Assembly: GCF_036971445.1 (NCBI RefSeq)
Contig: NC_091477.1
Coordinates: forward strand, 17,422,001 to 17,486,000
From: Narcine bancroftii
Lineage: Eukaryota
Direction of reading: 5' to 3'
DNA: 64,000 bases
Positions 40,718-54,050 of this stretch are shown here, piece by piece. How positions within the stretch are numbered: position 1 is the stretch's first letter; every line of letters begins with the position of its first letter. The notes beneath the pieces were generated by a model, which did no database searches, had not been told where the DNA came from, and was given only the letters and a program-made list of their open reading frames with translations. A program made the translations under genes and the position numbers.

Positions 40718-40959
40718 CCGTTTTCTGAAGTTGCCATTGATTTATCACGTACAAAGCTTGAGTTAAGCATTTGAAACTGGCAAGTTGCTTTTACTTCCAG
40801 CCTAATCAATCTTGTTCAGAATTCCTGAGTGATGGTCATATTAACACTTACTTCAGATTATAATGAAACTTTTGGGTCATAGTTTAAATTACTGTAGATT
40901 TTATTTTCTGTTTTCGAACATATATGGTCCACAGTAAGTAGTTTGAGGAAAAACTATGG

Positions 40960-41133
40960 GTGGTAACATCACCAGTGATTGGGTCTGTAAGGAGTTTGTA
41001 TGTTCTTCACATGTGTGCATGGGTTTCACCTGGGGGCTCTGGTTTCCTCTCACATTTTGAAACGTACAGGAGGGGGTGTAGGTTAATTGGGTGTAAATTG
41101 GACGGCATGGACTTGTTAATGTGCTGTATGTCT
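40960..41133 (+). mobile_element. V-SINE/HE1-like SINE fragment in RNF14 3' UTR
   Basis: GTAAGGAGTTTGTATGTTC..GGGTTTCACCTGGGGGCTCTGGTTTCCTC core shared with other copies. Confidence 0.75.
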
Positions 41134-41730
41134 CAAAAAAAGTCCTGCAAATTTGACTTTAAAATGATTTTTTTAATATGAACATCATTTCAATGAAAAT
41201 AGTTGTTGGCATTGAAACTGTTGTCATTGAGAGCAGTTTTCAAAGATAATATAGAGAATTCATTTCCCTCCCAATTTATGTTCACAATACCATTGGTGCT
41301 CTATGGTAGTTAAGGGATGGCTTAAGGTGGTATGTGAGTGGGGGGAAATAAAAGGTCAAGAACCACTAGTTTTAGAGAGCAGAGGAGAAAGAAAGCAAAT
41401 AAACCCTTGTATTTGTATCATCAAGTAAAATGCCTCTTGCTGATAGGGAAGAAGTTACCCCGAGTCCAGAATTTTCTTTTAACATCTGAGAAAACACTCA
41501 TCACTGAATGCATGACCAAGCAATGCTCAATGAATAGAAATTTGTCAGCTGTGTTTCCACGTTGACCTATAATCAATTCACTACATGTTAAAATGAGTTA
41601 ACATTTTGTTTGGACTCTCCATATTTGGATTTTGTGTGTGCATATACATTTCACGTTGTCCATCTGTTGTACACCCTGATATATTTAAAGTTATTAAATC
41701 AAATTTCAATGCTAGAAATTTTTTAAAAAT

Positions 41731-41984
41731 TTAGACATTCAACTCAGTAACAGGCCATTTCGGTCCACAAGCTCAGCCCCGGCCAACTTTCACCCAATTA
41801 ACGCAGATCCCTGGTATGTTTTGAATGATGGGAGGAAACCAGAGCCCCCCCCACCCCAGGGAAAACCCACGCAGACCCGGAAGAACGTACAAACTCCTTT
41901 CAGGCAGCGTGGGATACGAACCCTGGTCCCGATTGCTGGCGCTGTAAAGATGTTGCACTAACTGCTACACCAACCGTGCTGCCC
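41731..41984 (-). mobile_element. Full-length tRNA-derived V-SINE/HE1-like SINE
   Basis: Minus strand: GGCAGCACGG head, A-box TGGTGTAGCAGTTAG, B-box GGTTCGTATCCC, V-domain-like core, CR1-like tail GAAATGGCCTGTTACTG. Confidence 0.85.
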
Positions 41985-42007
41985 ATTTTATAAATTAAAT
42001 TTCTAAA

Positions 42008-42103
42008 AATAAAGCTGTTATTGTTAATGCATTCCTTTGATAAAGAATGTGTTCAACTATCAAGGAAGAGAAATCTGTGATGTTCAATAAATAATGGAAT
42101 AAA
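42008..42103 (+). terminator. Candidate distal RNF14 polyadenylation signals
   Basis: AATAAA at 42008, 42086 and 42098; proximal alternatives at 41347 and 41398. Confidence 0.45.
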
Positions 42104-42239
42104 AATATTTTGCTGACTTGGCAATCATGTCTTCTAAACGATGCTAAATAAATTAAATTTAACCTTGCGAATAATCACTGAATAGTTTTTTCAAGTTGTT
42201 TTCTTTCACCAATTGTGTTTAAATCTTGGTTACTGTTCT

Positions 42240-45200
42240 TGAACAGAGAACATTGCAACATAGTACTGGCCCTATGGCCCACAATGACTAATAGCGACCT
42301 ACTTTTAATTCTAAATCTTCCCTACCTTACACCTATAACCCTCTAATTTCTTTTGTATCTGTGTGTTTGTTAGTTTTTAAATATCCCTATTGTACCAGCT
42401 TCCACTGCCATCCTGGCAATGCATTCCGTGTCCACTACTCTCTATGTATTAGAAAAAACTGAGCTCTGACATTGCCCCTAAACATTCCTAGTGTACCTTT
42501 TAAAAATGTCCTCTGGTGTTTGGTACACACGGCCCGAGGAAAAGGTAATGGCTGGAAACCCTGACTATGCCTCTCATAATCTTGTAGACCTCTATTAAGT
42601 CACTTCTCATCCTCCTTCAGTCTAAAGAGAGAATCACTAGCTCTGTTAACCTTGCCTCATAAGACACCTTCTTCAATCCAGGTATCATCCTTGTAAATCT
42701 CCTCTGCACCCTCTCCATAACTTTTACATCCTTCCTGTAATGAGTCAATCAGAACTAAACACAATATTCCTTTTCTTTTAAAAATATTTTTTAAAAATTC
42801 TGTTTAATATATAAATCCTACATACAAAGTCTTTTAATAATGACAAATGACTGGTCATAGCAAATACATATCACAAATTAAACATGTAATTTTAATCAAA
42901 AACCTAACCATAATTGTTTACTTGTTTCTTTATGACATCAAATTCTATAAATATATTTACCAGTTTATCCTTTTCTCATAATATATAATTTATATCATAA
43001 TATAAATATAATATTTTCTCATATTATATCATCATATAATGTAATTATAATTATATAATATACAATTCTGGATTGAAAATAGGTAGACAAAATTAGCAAT
43101 CCCTTTATTATCCCAACAAAGGATTATTAAACCATATTCAAACCCATGTTTCACTAATTAATATAAAAAATCAAAAATCCTTGGATAAATCCAACCCCTT
43201 CCTTTAACCATGGTTAACTTGTAAAATTATAAAGATATGGATTGAATTTTGACCTTCAGAGTCTCTGGAGCATCCAGACTTCTTAAATATTTCCACTTAT
43301 GATAGTAATTTATGAATGGGCCCCACATCTTGCCAGACTGAAACTTTATATCTTTAATATATCTAATTTTCTCCAAGCTTAAATAGGACATTACATCATG
43401 TAATTACTGAGTATGAGTGGGTGGAGAGTTATCTTTCCATTTCATTATAATTGTTTGTCTGGCTATCGACAAGATAAAAGTTAAAAATTCTCTCGTGGTT
43501 TGAAGTCAAGAATATATCCTCTTCTGGAGTTAAAAATCAAAGCAATGAAAGGGCATGGTTCTAATTTGATCTTTAGAATTATTGATTCCAAAGATCAAAG
43601 ATATTTATAGTAACTTATTAGATTTAAGAATAGCCTCAATGACTGGGATTAAGAATGATTGGGAACGCGATTTGAATGTATAACTTTCAGTCCAAGATTA
43701 GATTTTCACTCTTAACTTGATTAATTAATCCTCATTTTGTGCACGCCATTGTTTGTTACAATTTAAGGTGGTACATATGATACACGTGTCCAAAGTCCAA
43801 TTTATCCCATTTTTATGGGATAAACTAGTCACTGACCTCCAGACAGAATACATTCATTCTGCTACTACCACTGCCTTCTGCAGGCAAGTGAATCCTGAAT
43901 CCATGGATCCAATGCCACATGACATTCTAAATGAGTTTACTATGGAGGATCTTGTCAAATGCCTTACTAAAATCCACATACACCACTTCTACTACCCTAC
44001 CTTCATCAATTTCTTTTGGGGCTTCTTCAAAAAACTCAATTAGATCTTCCCCTCACAAAGACGTGCTGACTCTCCCTGAGAAAACTATATTTCTCTAAAT
44101 GCTCGTAAATCCTGTGCCTAAGAATCCTCTCCAATAGCTTGCCCCCCCCCCCCCCACTAACCTGTTTCATTGGTCTCTAATACCTAGGATTCTTCCTATG
44201 CCCTTTTTAAATAAGGGGATGACATTTGCCATTCTCCATTCCTCCAGTACCTCCCCTGTGGCTAGGGAGCATGCAAAGATCATTGCCAAAGCCTAAGCAA
44301 TTTCTTTCCTTGCTTCCTGTAGTAACCTGGAGTACATCTTGTTTGGTCCCAGAGACTTGCATAATATTTTTAAGACGATCCAGCACTTCTTCCTCCTTAA
44401 CCTCAACATGCTCCAGCACATAAGTGTGTTCCTTACTGACCTCGCATTGACCAAGGTCCCTCTCTTTCATGAACACTGAAGCAAAGTATTAATTTAGGTC
44501 CTCCCCCACCTTCTCTGCCTCCAGGCACACATTGCCTCCTTTATCTTTAAGTGGCCAAACTTTCACTCTTGTTATCCTTCTTCTTTTCACGTATGTATAA
44601 AATGCCTTGGAGTTTTTTTAAAATCCTACTTGCCAAGGCCTTCTTGTGCCCCTTCTAGCTCTCCTAAATTCCTTCTTGGCTACCATATAATTCTCATGAG
44701 CTCTTCCTGTCTTTTGTTTCCTCAACCTTCTTTATGCTTCCTTCTTCCTTTTAACAAGTTGTCTCACCTCTTTTGTCAACCATGGCTCCCTTATCCTACC
44801 ACCTTTTCCCAGTGTCAGTGGGACAAACCTTTCAAGAACCCTGCACCAGTGGTCCTTAAACATCCTCTACATTACTTCGGTCCTTTTTCCCCCATTCCCA
44901 ATTTAAATTCCCCGCTTCCTGCCTAATCCCATCATAATTAGCCCTTCCTCAATTAAAAACTTTACTATTTGGTCTATCCTCATTCATAGCTATACTAAAG
45001 GTCACTTTCACCAAAATATTCTCCTACCAAGAGGTCTGGAACCTGACCAGGTACATTTCCCAGTATGACCTCTCCTCTGGTTGGCACACATACTGTGTTA
45101 GTAATCTTTTTTAGACACACCTGACAAATTCTGCCCCATCTGTTCCTCTTGCAGTAAGGAAGTGCCTGTCAATATTTGGAAAGTTGAAGTCTCCCTTAAC

Positions 45201-45600
45201 AACAACCCTTTCATTTCTGCGCCATTCCAAAATCTGCCTATTTATCTGTTCCTCAGTATCCCAGGTGGCTACTCCCAGTACAATGATCTCTCCCTTCCTG
45301 TTTTGGACTTCGACCCTCAAGACAATCCCTCCACAATATCCTTTCTTTCTGTAGCTGCGATACTATCCCCAATTAGTAATGCTACTTGCTCCCCCTTTTA
45401 CCCTGCCCTCCCATCCTATCTCTTTTAAAACATCGAAACCCAAATACCTGGATCACCCAATCATGCCCTTGTGTCAGCCAAGTCTCTATAATGGCCACAG
45501 CATTCTAATTGCATGTACTGATCCATGCTCCACGTTCATCTCCATTACACCTAATACTTCTTGCAATGAAATAAACAAACCCTCTAAATGACTACATTTA
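42240..45600 (-). mobile_element. Degraded CR1-type LINE interrupted by an L1 insertion (about 42770-43810)
   Basis: Minus-strand endonuclease remnant 'VVKGDFNFPNID..GTDGAEFVRCV', RT-region remnants and a CR1-like 3' end near 42250. Boundaries approximate. Confidence 0.7.
42770..43810 (-). mobile_element. L1-clade LINE 3' end with inverted 5' segment
   Basis: Minus: ORF2 C-terminus and 3' UTR ending in a T-rich tract at about 42770. Plus, 43600-43810: 'NDWERDL..SSFCARHCLLQFKVVH'. Confidence 0.6.
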
Positions 45601-45835
45601 TGTTCTCTCCGCTGCCTGTATTTCCTCACAGACTCACTGCACATTCTACCATCTGCCCTGTTCTCTATCTTTTCTTGGTTCCCAACCCTTCTAATAAAGG
45701 AAATGTCCATGAGATGCAAATTACATATTTTGTAAAGGAAATATTTTTGAAACAACATTGTTATTGTTTTGTGTTTGATCAATAGGTGGAATTAATTTAC
45801 AATGTCTGTAGTGCTTTTTGAAAAATATATTTTAT

Positions 45836-46327
45836 AGCACAGTTTGTGTAGTGGTTAGCATTACACCGTTACAGTGTCAGTAACCTGAGTTTGAATCTGG
45901 CACTGTTTGTAAGGAGTCCAAATGTTCTCCCCATTTCTGCGTTAATTTTGTCCAGGTGCTGTGGTTTCTTCCTACCATCCAGAAATGTATTGGGTTGTAA
46001 GTCAATTGAATGTATAGATTTAAACATAGACATACAGCATGTCAACAGGCCATTTCGGCCCAGGAGTCCGAGCCGCCCAATTTACACCCAATTAACCTAC
46101 GCCACTGGTACATTTCGAACGATGGGAGGAAATCAGAGCTCCCGGTGAAAACCCACGCAGACATGGGGAGAACATACAAACTCCTTACAGACAGTGTGGG
46201 ATTTGAACCCTGGTACCAATTGCTGGTGCTGTAAAGGCGTTCTGCAAACTGCTACGCCAACCATGCCATGTAATTGGGCAGCATGGACTTATGGGGCAGA
46301 AGGGCCTGTTATTGTGCTTTATGTCTA
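45836..46327. mobile_element. SINE nested in SINE (outer +, inner - at 46015-46267)
   Basis: Outer copy is split after GAATGTA and resumes ATGTAATTGGGCAGC; ATGTA flanks the inner antisense copy on both sides. Confidence 0.75.
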
Positions 46328-46909
46328 AAAAATATTCTTGAGGGTGTACTTATGCAGCAATCTGCTAATGTGATCCATTTAATGCCTTGGCCATGATTTA
46401 ACACGTTCTAGATTTGTATCGAAATTCTTCTGCTGACAGACAAATGAAGTTCATACTCTAGCATCATGGACAAACTTTATTAATCTGATATATTCCAGTG
46501 CTTAGTTATTTAATTAGATATTTTTAATTGTACTCTCCTTGCCTCATTTTCCACCTCCATCATCTGTTAAAATATTCGTGCAGTTCCGATGGTATGCTGT
46601 ATTTCATTATAACGAGGGACGAATGGATGGGCTGACTTCTTGCTACTTTACTTTCTTACAATTGTGTGTCATTTAAACTAGGACAATTCCTTGAATTTAA
46701 TTTCAGGACTGGTGATCTTTTTGATGCAATCTTTCAGAGAAAGTTAACTACAAGGTTATGAGTTGAGAAGCAATTTTTTTTTTAAAAGGCTGTAAATTAA
46801 TGATATTGGGAAATATCCCTACTTGAGAAGTAGATTTTCAAATTATTTTTAAGAGGAGCTGTTCAATTGAATTAAACATTGATGGATTCATTAGCCTGAA
46901 GCTTGATTT

Positions 46910-47105
46910 GTAACAGGCCATTTTGGCTCAAGAGTCTGTGCCACCCAATTTACAGCCATTTAACCTACAGCCCTGGTATGTTTTTGAATGTGGGAGGAAA
47001 CTAGAGCACTTGGGGAGAACTCACACAGATATGGGCTTTGAACCCCAGTCCCAATCGCTGGCTCTGTAAAGGCTTGCGCTAACCATTACGCCAACCGTGC
47101 CGCCC
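46910..47105 (-). mobile_element. V-SINE/HE1-like SINE
   Basis: Same family as 41731-41984; ends CCAACCGTGCCGCCC. Confidence 0.8.
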
Positions 47106-47469
47106 ACGGTTGATACTTTAATAAATTTCATGGTCTTTTTTTCTTACATTTCCAGCAGAATCATATGATTTTTCATGTTCCCAGTTACATAATTTCAATG
47201 TCGATGTAACTTAATTAAACCTTTGTTCCCCACCCTGGAACAGTTATGGTGTTGCATATCATTAGGATGGTACACTTTATTACTGCTTCACTTGAAAAAT
47301 AAACTTAGTTTGATTTCCCACATGCAATGACGTAAATAATTGAAATGGGAATGCTAAAAGACTGCTTAGTACCTCAAGTCTTTCAATTATATATTGATTT
47401 CTTATGGCATTGTACCTGGTGAGTTTGAGATTAAATCGCAGAGGGAATAGACAAATCTATTTTTATGGT

Positions 47470-48420
47470 TCATTGAAAATTTGCATTTATAATTCCAATG
47501 CATCCTCTCAGTACAAGTCAGTAAGTTTAAAACCTGGGCCTCTGTATCTCCCTCTGCAACTGGATCCTTGAACTTCTCATTGGAAGTGTGGATTGGTAAC
47601 ATCTTCCGACTGACAATCAACACAAGTGCACCCCAAGGATGTGGGCTTAGCCCACTACTCTACACCCATGTCTGTGGCCAGGCACTATTCAAATGCCACC
47701 TACAAATTTGCCAATGATGTCATGGTTGTTGGCAGAATCACAGATGGCAAATAGGAAGCATACAGGAGTGAGATAGATCACCTAGTTGAGTGGTGTCACA
47801 GCAACAACCTTGTACTCAACGCCAGTAAAACTAAGGAATTGATTGTGGACCTCAGGAAGGGGAAGCCAAAAGAACGCAGACCAGTCCTCATCCAGGGATC
47901 AGCAGTGGAAAGGGTAAGAAACTTAAAATTCCTGTGTGTTAACATCTCCAAAGACCCCATGGGCCATAATGTCTATTCAATCATGAAGAAGGTACACCAG
48001 TGACTCTATTTCTTTAGGAGTTTGAAGAGCTTAGGTACGTCATCAAAGTCTCTTGCAAATTTCTACAGTCATACCATGGAGAGTATTCTGACTGGTTGCA
48101 CCACTGTCTGGTATGGAGGTGCAATGCACAGGACAGGAAGAGGCCACAGAGAGTTGCAAACTTAGCCAGCGCCATCATGGGCATTAGTCTTCACTCCATA
48201 AAGGACTTTTTTTAAGCGGCACTTCAAGAAAGCAGCTTATATTATTAAGGACTTTCACCACCCAGGCCATGCCCTTTTCTCACTGCTACCATGAGGAAGG
48301 AGGTACAGGAGCCTGAAGACACACACTCAACGTTACAAAAACCGCTTCTTTCCCTCTGCCATCTGATTTCTGACGATAATTAATCTATTGACACTACCTC
48401 ATTTTTTTCTATTTTTTGTA
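47470..48420 (+). mobile_element. Rex/Babar-type LINE (RT to 3' end)
   Basis: 'APQGCGLSPLLY', 'YKFAND', 'NNLVLNASKTKELIVD'. Boundaries approximate. Confidence 0.75.
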
Positions 48421-50308
48421 CTAGTTATTTAATTTTTTTACACCTTGCATTTACAGAATTGTAATTTCTGCCACCTGAAGGCTGAATACCAATCATGAAT
48501 TTCTCCATTTCACAGGGTGGTTACTGCAACAAGGCATTAAGGTTCATTCGATCCATAGAGCTATGAAGGTTTGGTGCAACCATGGGATGAATGCAAGGTG
48601 CAGGATGGCTGATACACAATTGGGCCAATGTAGATGATGTGAAGATAAATAAAATTGCAGGCCAGGAGGTGAAGGAAGGGATTGTTTCAGTGCTAAACAA
48701 ATTTCTTGCATTATTTCAAACATCTTGAAAATCCTTTGCAAAAATTAGATGATGATTTCTATTAGACACGTTTTTGAAAAGGTCTTAACATAAAAGCAGT
48801 AGAATGGACTGTTCAACTCTTTGTTGCTGTTCTCCATCTCTTAAGATTGTGGCTGAAATTCAAGTCAGTGTCACTTTCTTATCTTGACCATATAATCCTC
48901 AATATCAAAATATCTCTTTCTTGAATATACAGTACTCAGCAACTGAACTTGGTTCACTACCCTGCAGCTGCATTGTGGAAAGCCTGCTGACTGGTTGCAT
49001 CAAGGTCTGGTTTGGTAACTTGAGTGCCCAGGGATGCAAAAGGCTGCAGTGGGTGGAAACCTAGCCAAGTCCATTATGGGCTCTGACCTCCCATCCTTTG
49101 AAGACGTCTATGTGAGAAGCTGCCTCAAGAAGGCAGTCATCATCATTAAGGACCCCCATTACCCTGGTCACAACCTTGTACAAATGTGGCTAATGAACTA
49201 CATCTCCAGAACATCCAACATAAAATTCAAGTTTAAATTTAAGTAAAAAGAAACATTCATGCCTCTGAAGTCAGAATTGCTAACTTTCGAGGCTGCTGTA
49301 ATAGATCAAGGTGTTACATTTTAATGGAGAATTGCAAAAGCATAAATGAAGTTAAAAAAAATTAAAACAGAACATGAATTGAACTCCAGAGCTGAACCTA
49401 TCTATTGTCTCCTGAAAAAATTAATTATACAAGCATAATTAAACTAATAAATCATTTATATAATTTAAAAGATTAATAACATGAACAGGCTTATCCTTAA
49501 ACTAGTTAAAAGTAAAGGCCCTCAAAATCAGTCTTGGTATTGCCATCAACTGATGAGTTTTAAAAAGCCACAGATCAAACTAGTAGGGCCGAACTGGCCT
49601 GTTCTGTGCTGTAAGTGGTTATATGGTTATATAATACACTTGCTGAAAAGAAGCTCTGATTTTGTGGTTTTTTCCTGAAGAACAAATGAAGAACATTCAA
49701 CATCATAAAACTAACATGAATGAATCTTGAAATTGTATTGATCTTAAAAATAAAGATTGAAGCAAAAATTACAAATGAAAAGTTCATTTTAAATTTTCAC
49801 ACATGAGTTCTTTTTACTTTCCTATGTTGAGATGATTATCCCAGATACATTGGATCTAAAATTTGTGAGAAAAGAGAAATTAAAATTTTCATTAGTGGTA
49901 GTGCTCAAATCATACTTCTGTTTTTACACCTTGATTTCCTGTCAATTGTAAAACAATGCACCATTATCAGGAGACAAAATTTATAAGTTAAATATTCAGA
50001 ACATACCTTCCTATAATAACCCTGTGCTACTCACCTCCTTTCCTGAGGATTAATTTTCCCGTGGGAGCCTTTAATGAAGCAACTAAATATATGAACAGAT
50101 TCACTGGGAAATGCAGCCTTGAAGTAGCTGGTGAATTATTATCATTTTAAAATACTTTGACTTGCCATTTGATTGTTTGGTAAGAGAATGGTCTCAACAT
50201 TGCTGATTTGACTGGATGAGATTTGGTCATATCTTCATTTCTGAATGAGTGTAATATATAGAGGAGTCTGTCATTGATCTATATCTCCAGGAAATTGATT
50301 TGCCTTTC

Positions 50309-50510
50309 ATGACTGGTCCTGTAATGTAAGATGGTGAGGAGATATGGGGTCATCTTTGATGACTGGTCCTGTAATGTAAGATGGTGAGGAGATATGGGGT
50401 CATCTTTGATGACTGGTCCTGTAATGTAAGATGGTGAGGAGATATGGGGTCATCTTTGATGACTGGTCCTGTAATGTAAGATGGTGAGGAGATATGGGGT
50501 CATCTTTGAT
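50309..50510. repeat. 50-bp tandem repeat x4 (perfect)
   Basis: Unit ATGACTGGTCCTGTAATGTAAGATGGTGAGGAGATATGGGGTCATCTTTG at 50309, 50359, 50409 and 50459. Confidence 0.97.
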
Positions 50511-52299
50511 CCCAGCTATAAAAACAAAAGTTTGCTGATGCAAGAAGTTTAAAATGGAAAAAAAAATGCTGTAGCTATTCACCAAAACCTTGCAGCACCT
50601 TTGGAGAGAGAAACAAGTAGCCATTTCAGGTCATATTGGAAAGAGTAGGTTATTTGCTGCAGTATTTTTAAGAAGACTATGTAATCTAAAAATGGTTCTG
50701 AGTTATTCTAAAATGTGTGCGACATGTTGTGCGACTGATACACTTTGGTTCATTTTGAATTGCTGTCCACCAATAACAGGAAGTTTTCAACACCTTTCTC
50801 ACAGTTTTCGTGGACATGGTGGACTTCCACAGTTGTGGAAGCCTGCATACTGTGTACTTGCTAACTGGGTCAGATGTTTGCTCGAGTATACAGCCATACC
50901 TTAACTATGGCCAATCGCAGATAAATCCAAAGTCGCCATAAGAGCTTAATAAAATTTTTTTCTGAAAATATACAGTGTATCACGGCCCCTGTTAAATGCT
51001 CCCAAAACAAGCCTCTTGCAGAATCAAAAAAGAAAAAGTGTGCCAATAATTTGGAATCAAAGCTAAAGGTGATAAAGCAATATGAAAGTGGTAAAACTAA
51101 ATAGTTATAGTACGGAAATTGGGATGGTCTCTCTCAACTATAACCACAATCTTAATCGAACTAAAATTACCCAGGCTGTTCAACAATGGTATTTAGACAT
51201 GTGTATGTACAATTAGTATGTGTGTCATGGTATCTTATGTTGTACAATATATTTTACTTATAATGGTTGACTTACGCCCACATTGTGTCCCCACTTCCAG
51301 AACGAAATCCATGGCCGTATACATTTCCAGATGCCTTTGACATCACTACCGTGGACAATTTCCATTCCTTTTTTTATTCTTTTCCTATAGCCAGTCTATT
51401 GTCTGTACCCCAAATAAAATGGGAAATGCCAGAAATACCTAATTGGTTGGACAGCACCAAGGAATGTGCTTGAACACAAGGGCTCAGACTCAAAACATCA
51501 GTAATATATCTTGACCTCCCATGGACTCTGCGAGACTGGCTGAGTTCCTCCAGTATTTCTGTGTTTTGACTACGATCACAGCATCTGCATACTTTAAAAC
51601 GAATTCAGGTTGAATACTTTTCATAAGGCACTGTCAAGTATTTTCAGAATTTTCTGTTTACACTTTTGTAGCTCGAATAAAAACTCTCATGACCAGAGGG
51701 AGAACAAACACTTGTATTAGCTTATAACTATGGATAGGGTCTCACATAGACTTCGGAAGGGTTCTGGGTTTAGGTGGGAAACAATACACTACCAGTGAAT
51801 TGCAGTTCAATGCATTCACCCCTTCCTGCCGAATTGAGGCTTTGTGAATGAAGACAGAGAACATGGATTCAGAAAAAAAAAGTTGAAAAATATACAGTTA
51901 TTTACAGATTGAAGCAGTCCGGGGGTCTGGAGATCCTGGTGGAGTGCCCAACCAGGATGGGGGCACTCAACCAGTGCTCAACACACTACCAGTGAATCCC
52001 AGTTCACTGCACACTTCCTACTTCAGGTGCATGCCTTTGGTTACTTTTCTTAACGCATATCGTGATCGTACTAAGAGCCCTGCCTGGTTCATTCAATGTT
52101 CTAGGATACCTGTTCAATGATAAACGTACGATCAAATACATGTCAAATGTATTGATTTGTATAAAATTAATGTGTTGTTTAAAATATCTCATTTGGATAC
52201 AATACCACGGTACATTCTATAATCAAGCAGCGGGAATATCAATGAAGAAATACATGTAGTGCCGTGTCTAAGGTATGGCTGGGTGCCACTTAAAGGGTG

Positions 52300-54050
52300 G
52301 GGGGGGGGGGGGGGCACTGCGCAGTTTCTATTAAAGCCAAACTCGAGGGAGCAGAAGTTTTGAACATGTGCCTGGGCATCGATGTGGCTGCCGCGAAACG
52401 CTTAAAACTGGAGAAGTGACCTGTTGATTACCATGGGTACAGGAGTAAATGCCGCCATCTCCATGGAGCGCGGATCCGGAGGGGGGGGGGGGGGGTAAGG
52501 CCGGAGTGTTTAGAGGAGCTGCAGGGGCTCGTTGTCCTGCCCTCCCTCCCTCCCTCCACGACGTTGCACGTCGGAGACCAGCCCGTCCATCCTGGGCCAC
52601 ACCGTGGCTCAAGGCAGACTCTTGCTCTGCTTAGGAAGAGAAGAAACGGGGGGGGGGGAGAAGGACTTTGATTACATCAGGGACCAATTTGCATCGGTGA
52701 AAGCAGTTGTGATGTTCACGTCGCGCCGTAATTTGTTCATGAACTGATTAATGACTTGTACTTTTGATCTGATATTCCGGTAAAGTTATCTATGTGTGGA
52801 CAGGGGCGGAATATCAGGACTTCCCATCGGCGCTGTTTTCCGTGATCACATCCGAAGGTTATCTGGAAACGACCAAAACGGAGATGGATTACACATCAAT
52901 TTAATTTGCAAAGAAACGAGCGCAACATTTAATGAACATCCATCTGTAACAGACTGTGGTGCAACGTGGGAACCTTGTTCCTTTATTGTGCGGGCCTTTG
53001 AAACCTATTTCATTGCTGGCGAGTCCCAACTCCAGGGCGAATGGTCCCTGGGGGAGGTTCCCCCACCCCACTGATCAGCTGACCGGCAGGCAAGTCACAT
53101 GACGATTTTTTCTCACGCTGGTGAGGAAACTGCAGAAGACGGTCTCTTCTGATGGTGATTTCCCTCCAGCCCGGTGTGCACCCGTTAGCTTTGGGCCAGA
53201 GTTGTTTCGCTGGAAGTAATCCTTGAGGAGAATTGAGAGCGCTCCATGCCAGACCCTCTTAGGGTCAAAGTTGCTTCGCAGTCACGGGCAATTAGGCTGT
53301 AAGTCCATTGCCGTCGTTTCCTGCTCGGGGCTTCGCTGGACTTTTAATGCTTCGGGTAACTCACGATTTTGATCAAACTCCTCCACGCTATTGGTGCGAC
53401 TTTAATGCATTAATTGTTGAGTTTGCATTGTACGTTGTATTTTCATGCACTGACCATGTTAAGATCCGCTTAATATTGTGATTCCAGCTTTTATTTCTAC
53501 CTGCTGAGTATAAGCATCTCGTTGAAAAAAATACCCAAAAACGTGAGAATTGTTGATGCTGAGATTGGTTCGCCAGGCCACTTCTTCTTTCTATTGCCCC
53601 CCCCCCCCCCCCAATATTTAGGGGATACTTTGCCACCCGTTAAACTGGGATTGTTTATCTCCGCCCCCAAATTGCGGGTTCTAATTTGGCGCGCCCAGTT
53701 CCCAGCACGGTCTGGTTTTGGGACGCGAATCTGCCTCCGGAGTGGCTGGGTCCATTCTCGGTCGATACACGCCAGTTTCACGCGAATTCTTCACGGATGT
53801 GGGACAGTCGCGGGTCGAGGTGGAGCAGCCTGAGTGATGCACTTGTTGGCTGACGTTACGGAAGTGGGTGGTCAAGTGAGCGAAACACGGTTTGCATTGC
53901 ACGAAGAAGGAAACAAACGGACGGGCGGCTTTGGCGGAGGCCGGGGAATGAAACGCTGGCTCCTCGAACGGGATGTAACCCCTTTAAAAATAGGCACAGA
54001 CAGCGGACTGGCCTCGCGTGGGAGCTCATGGAAGAAGTAGCCTGCTTCCT
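52300..54050. promoter_or_regulatory. CpG island, probable GNPDA1 promoter
   Basis: CpG-rich block about 4 kb upstream of the GNPDA1 ATG exon; E2F-like TTTGGCGCGC (about 53685), GC boxes, TGACGT plus ETS CGGAAGTG (about 53851-53866), YY1-like GCCGCCATCT (52451). Confidence 0.7.

Noticed and set aside
41731-41984. tRNA gene (A and B boxes present)
   Set aside because: No cloverleaf; continues into SINE core and LINE-like tail and is multi-copy in the window.
50950-51310. Short Tigger/pogo HTH-like remnant (KLKVIKQYESGK)
   Set aside because: Too degraded to define boundaries or TIRs confidently.
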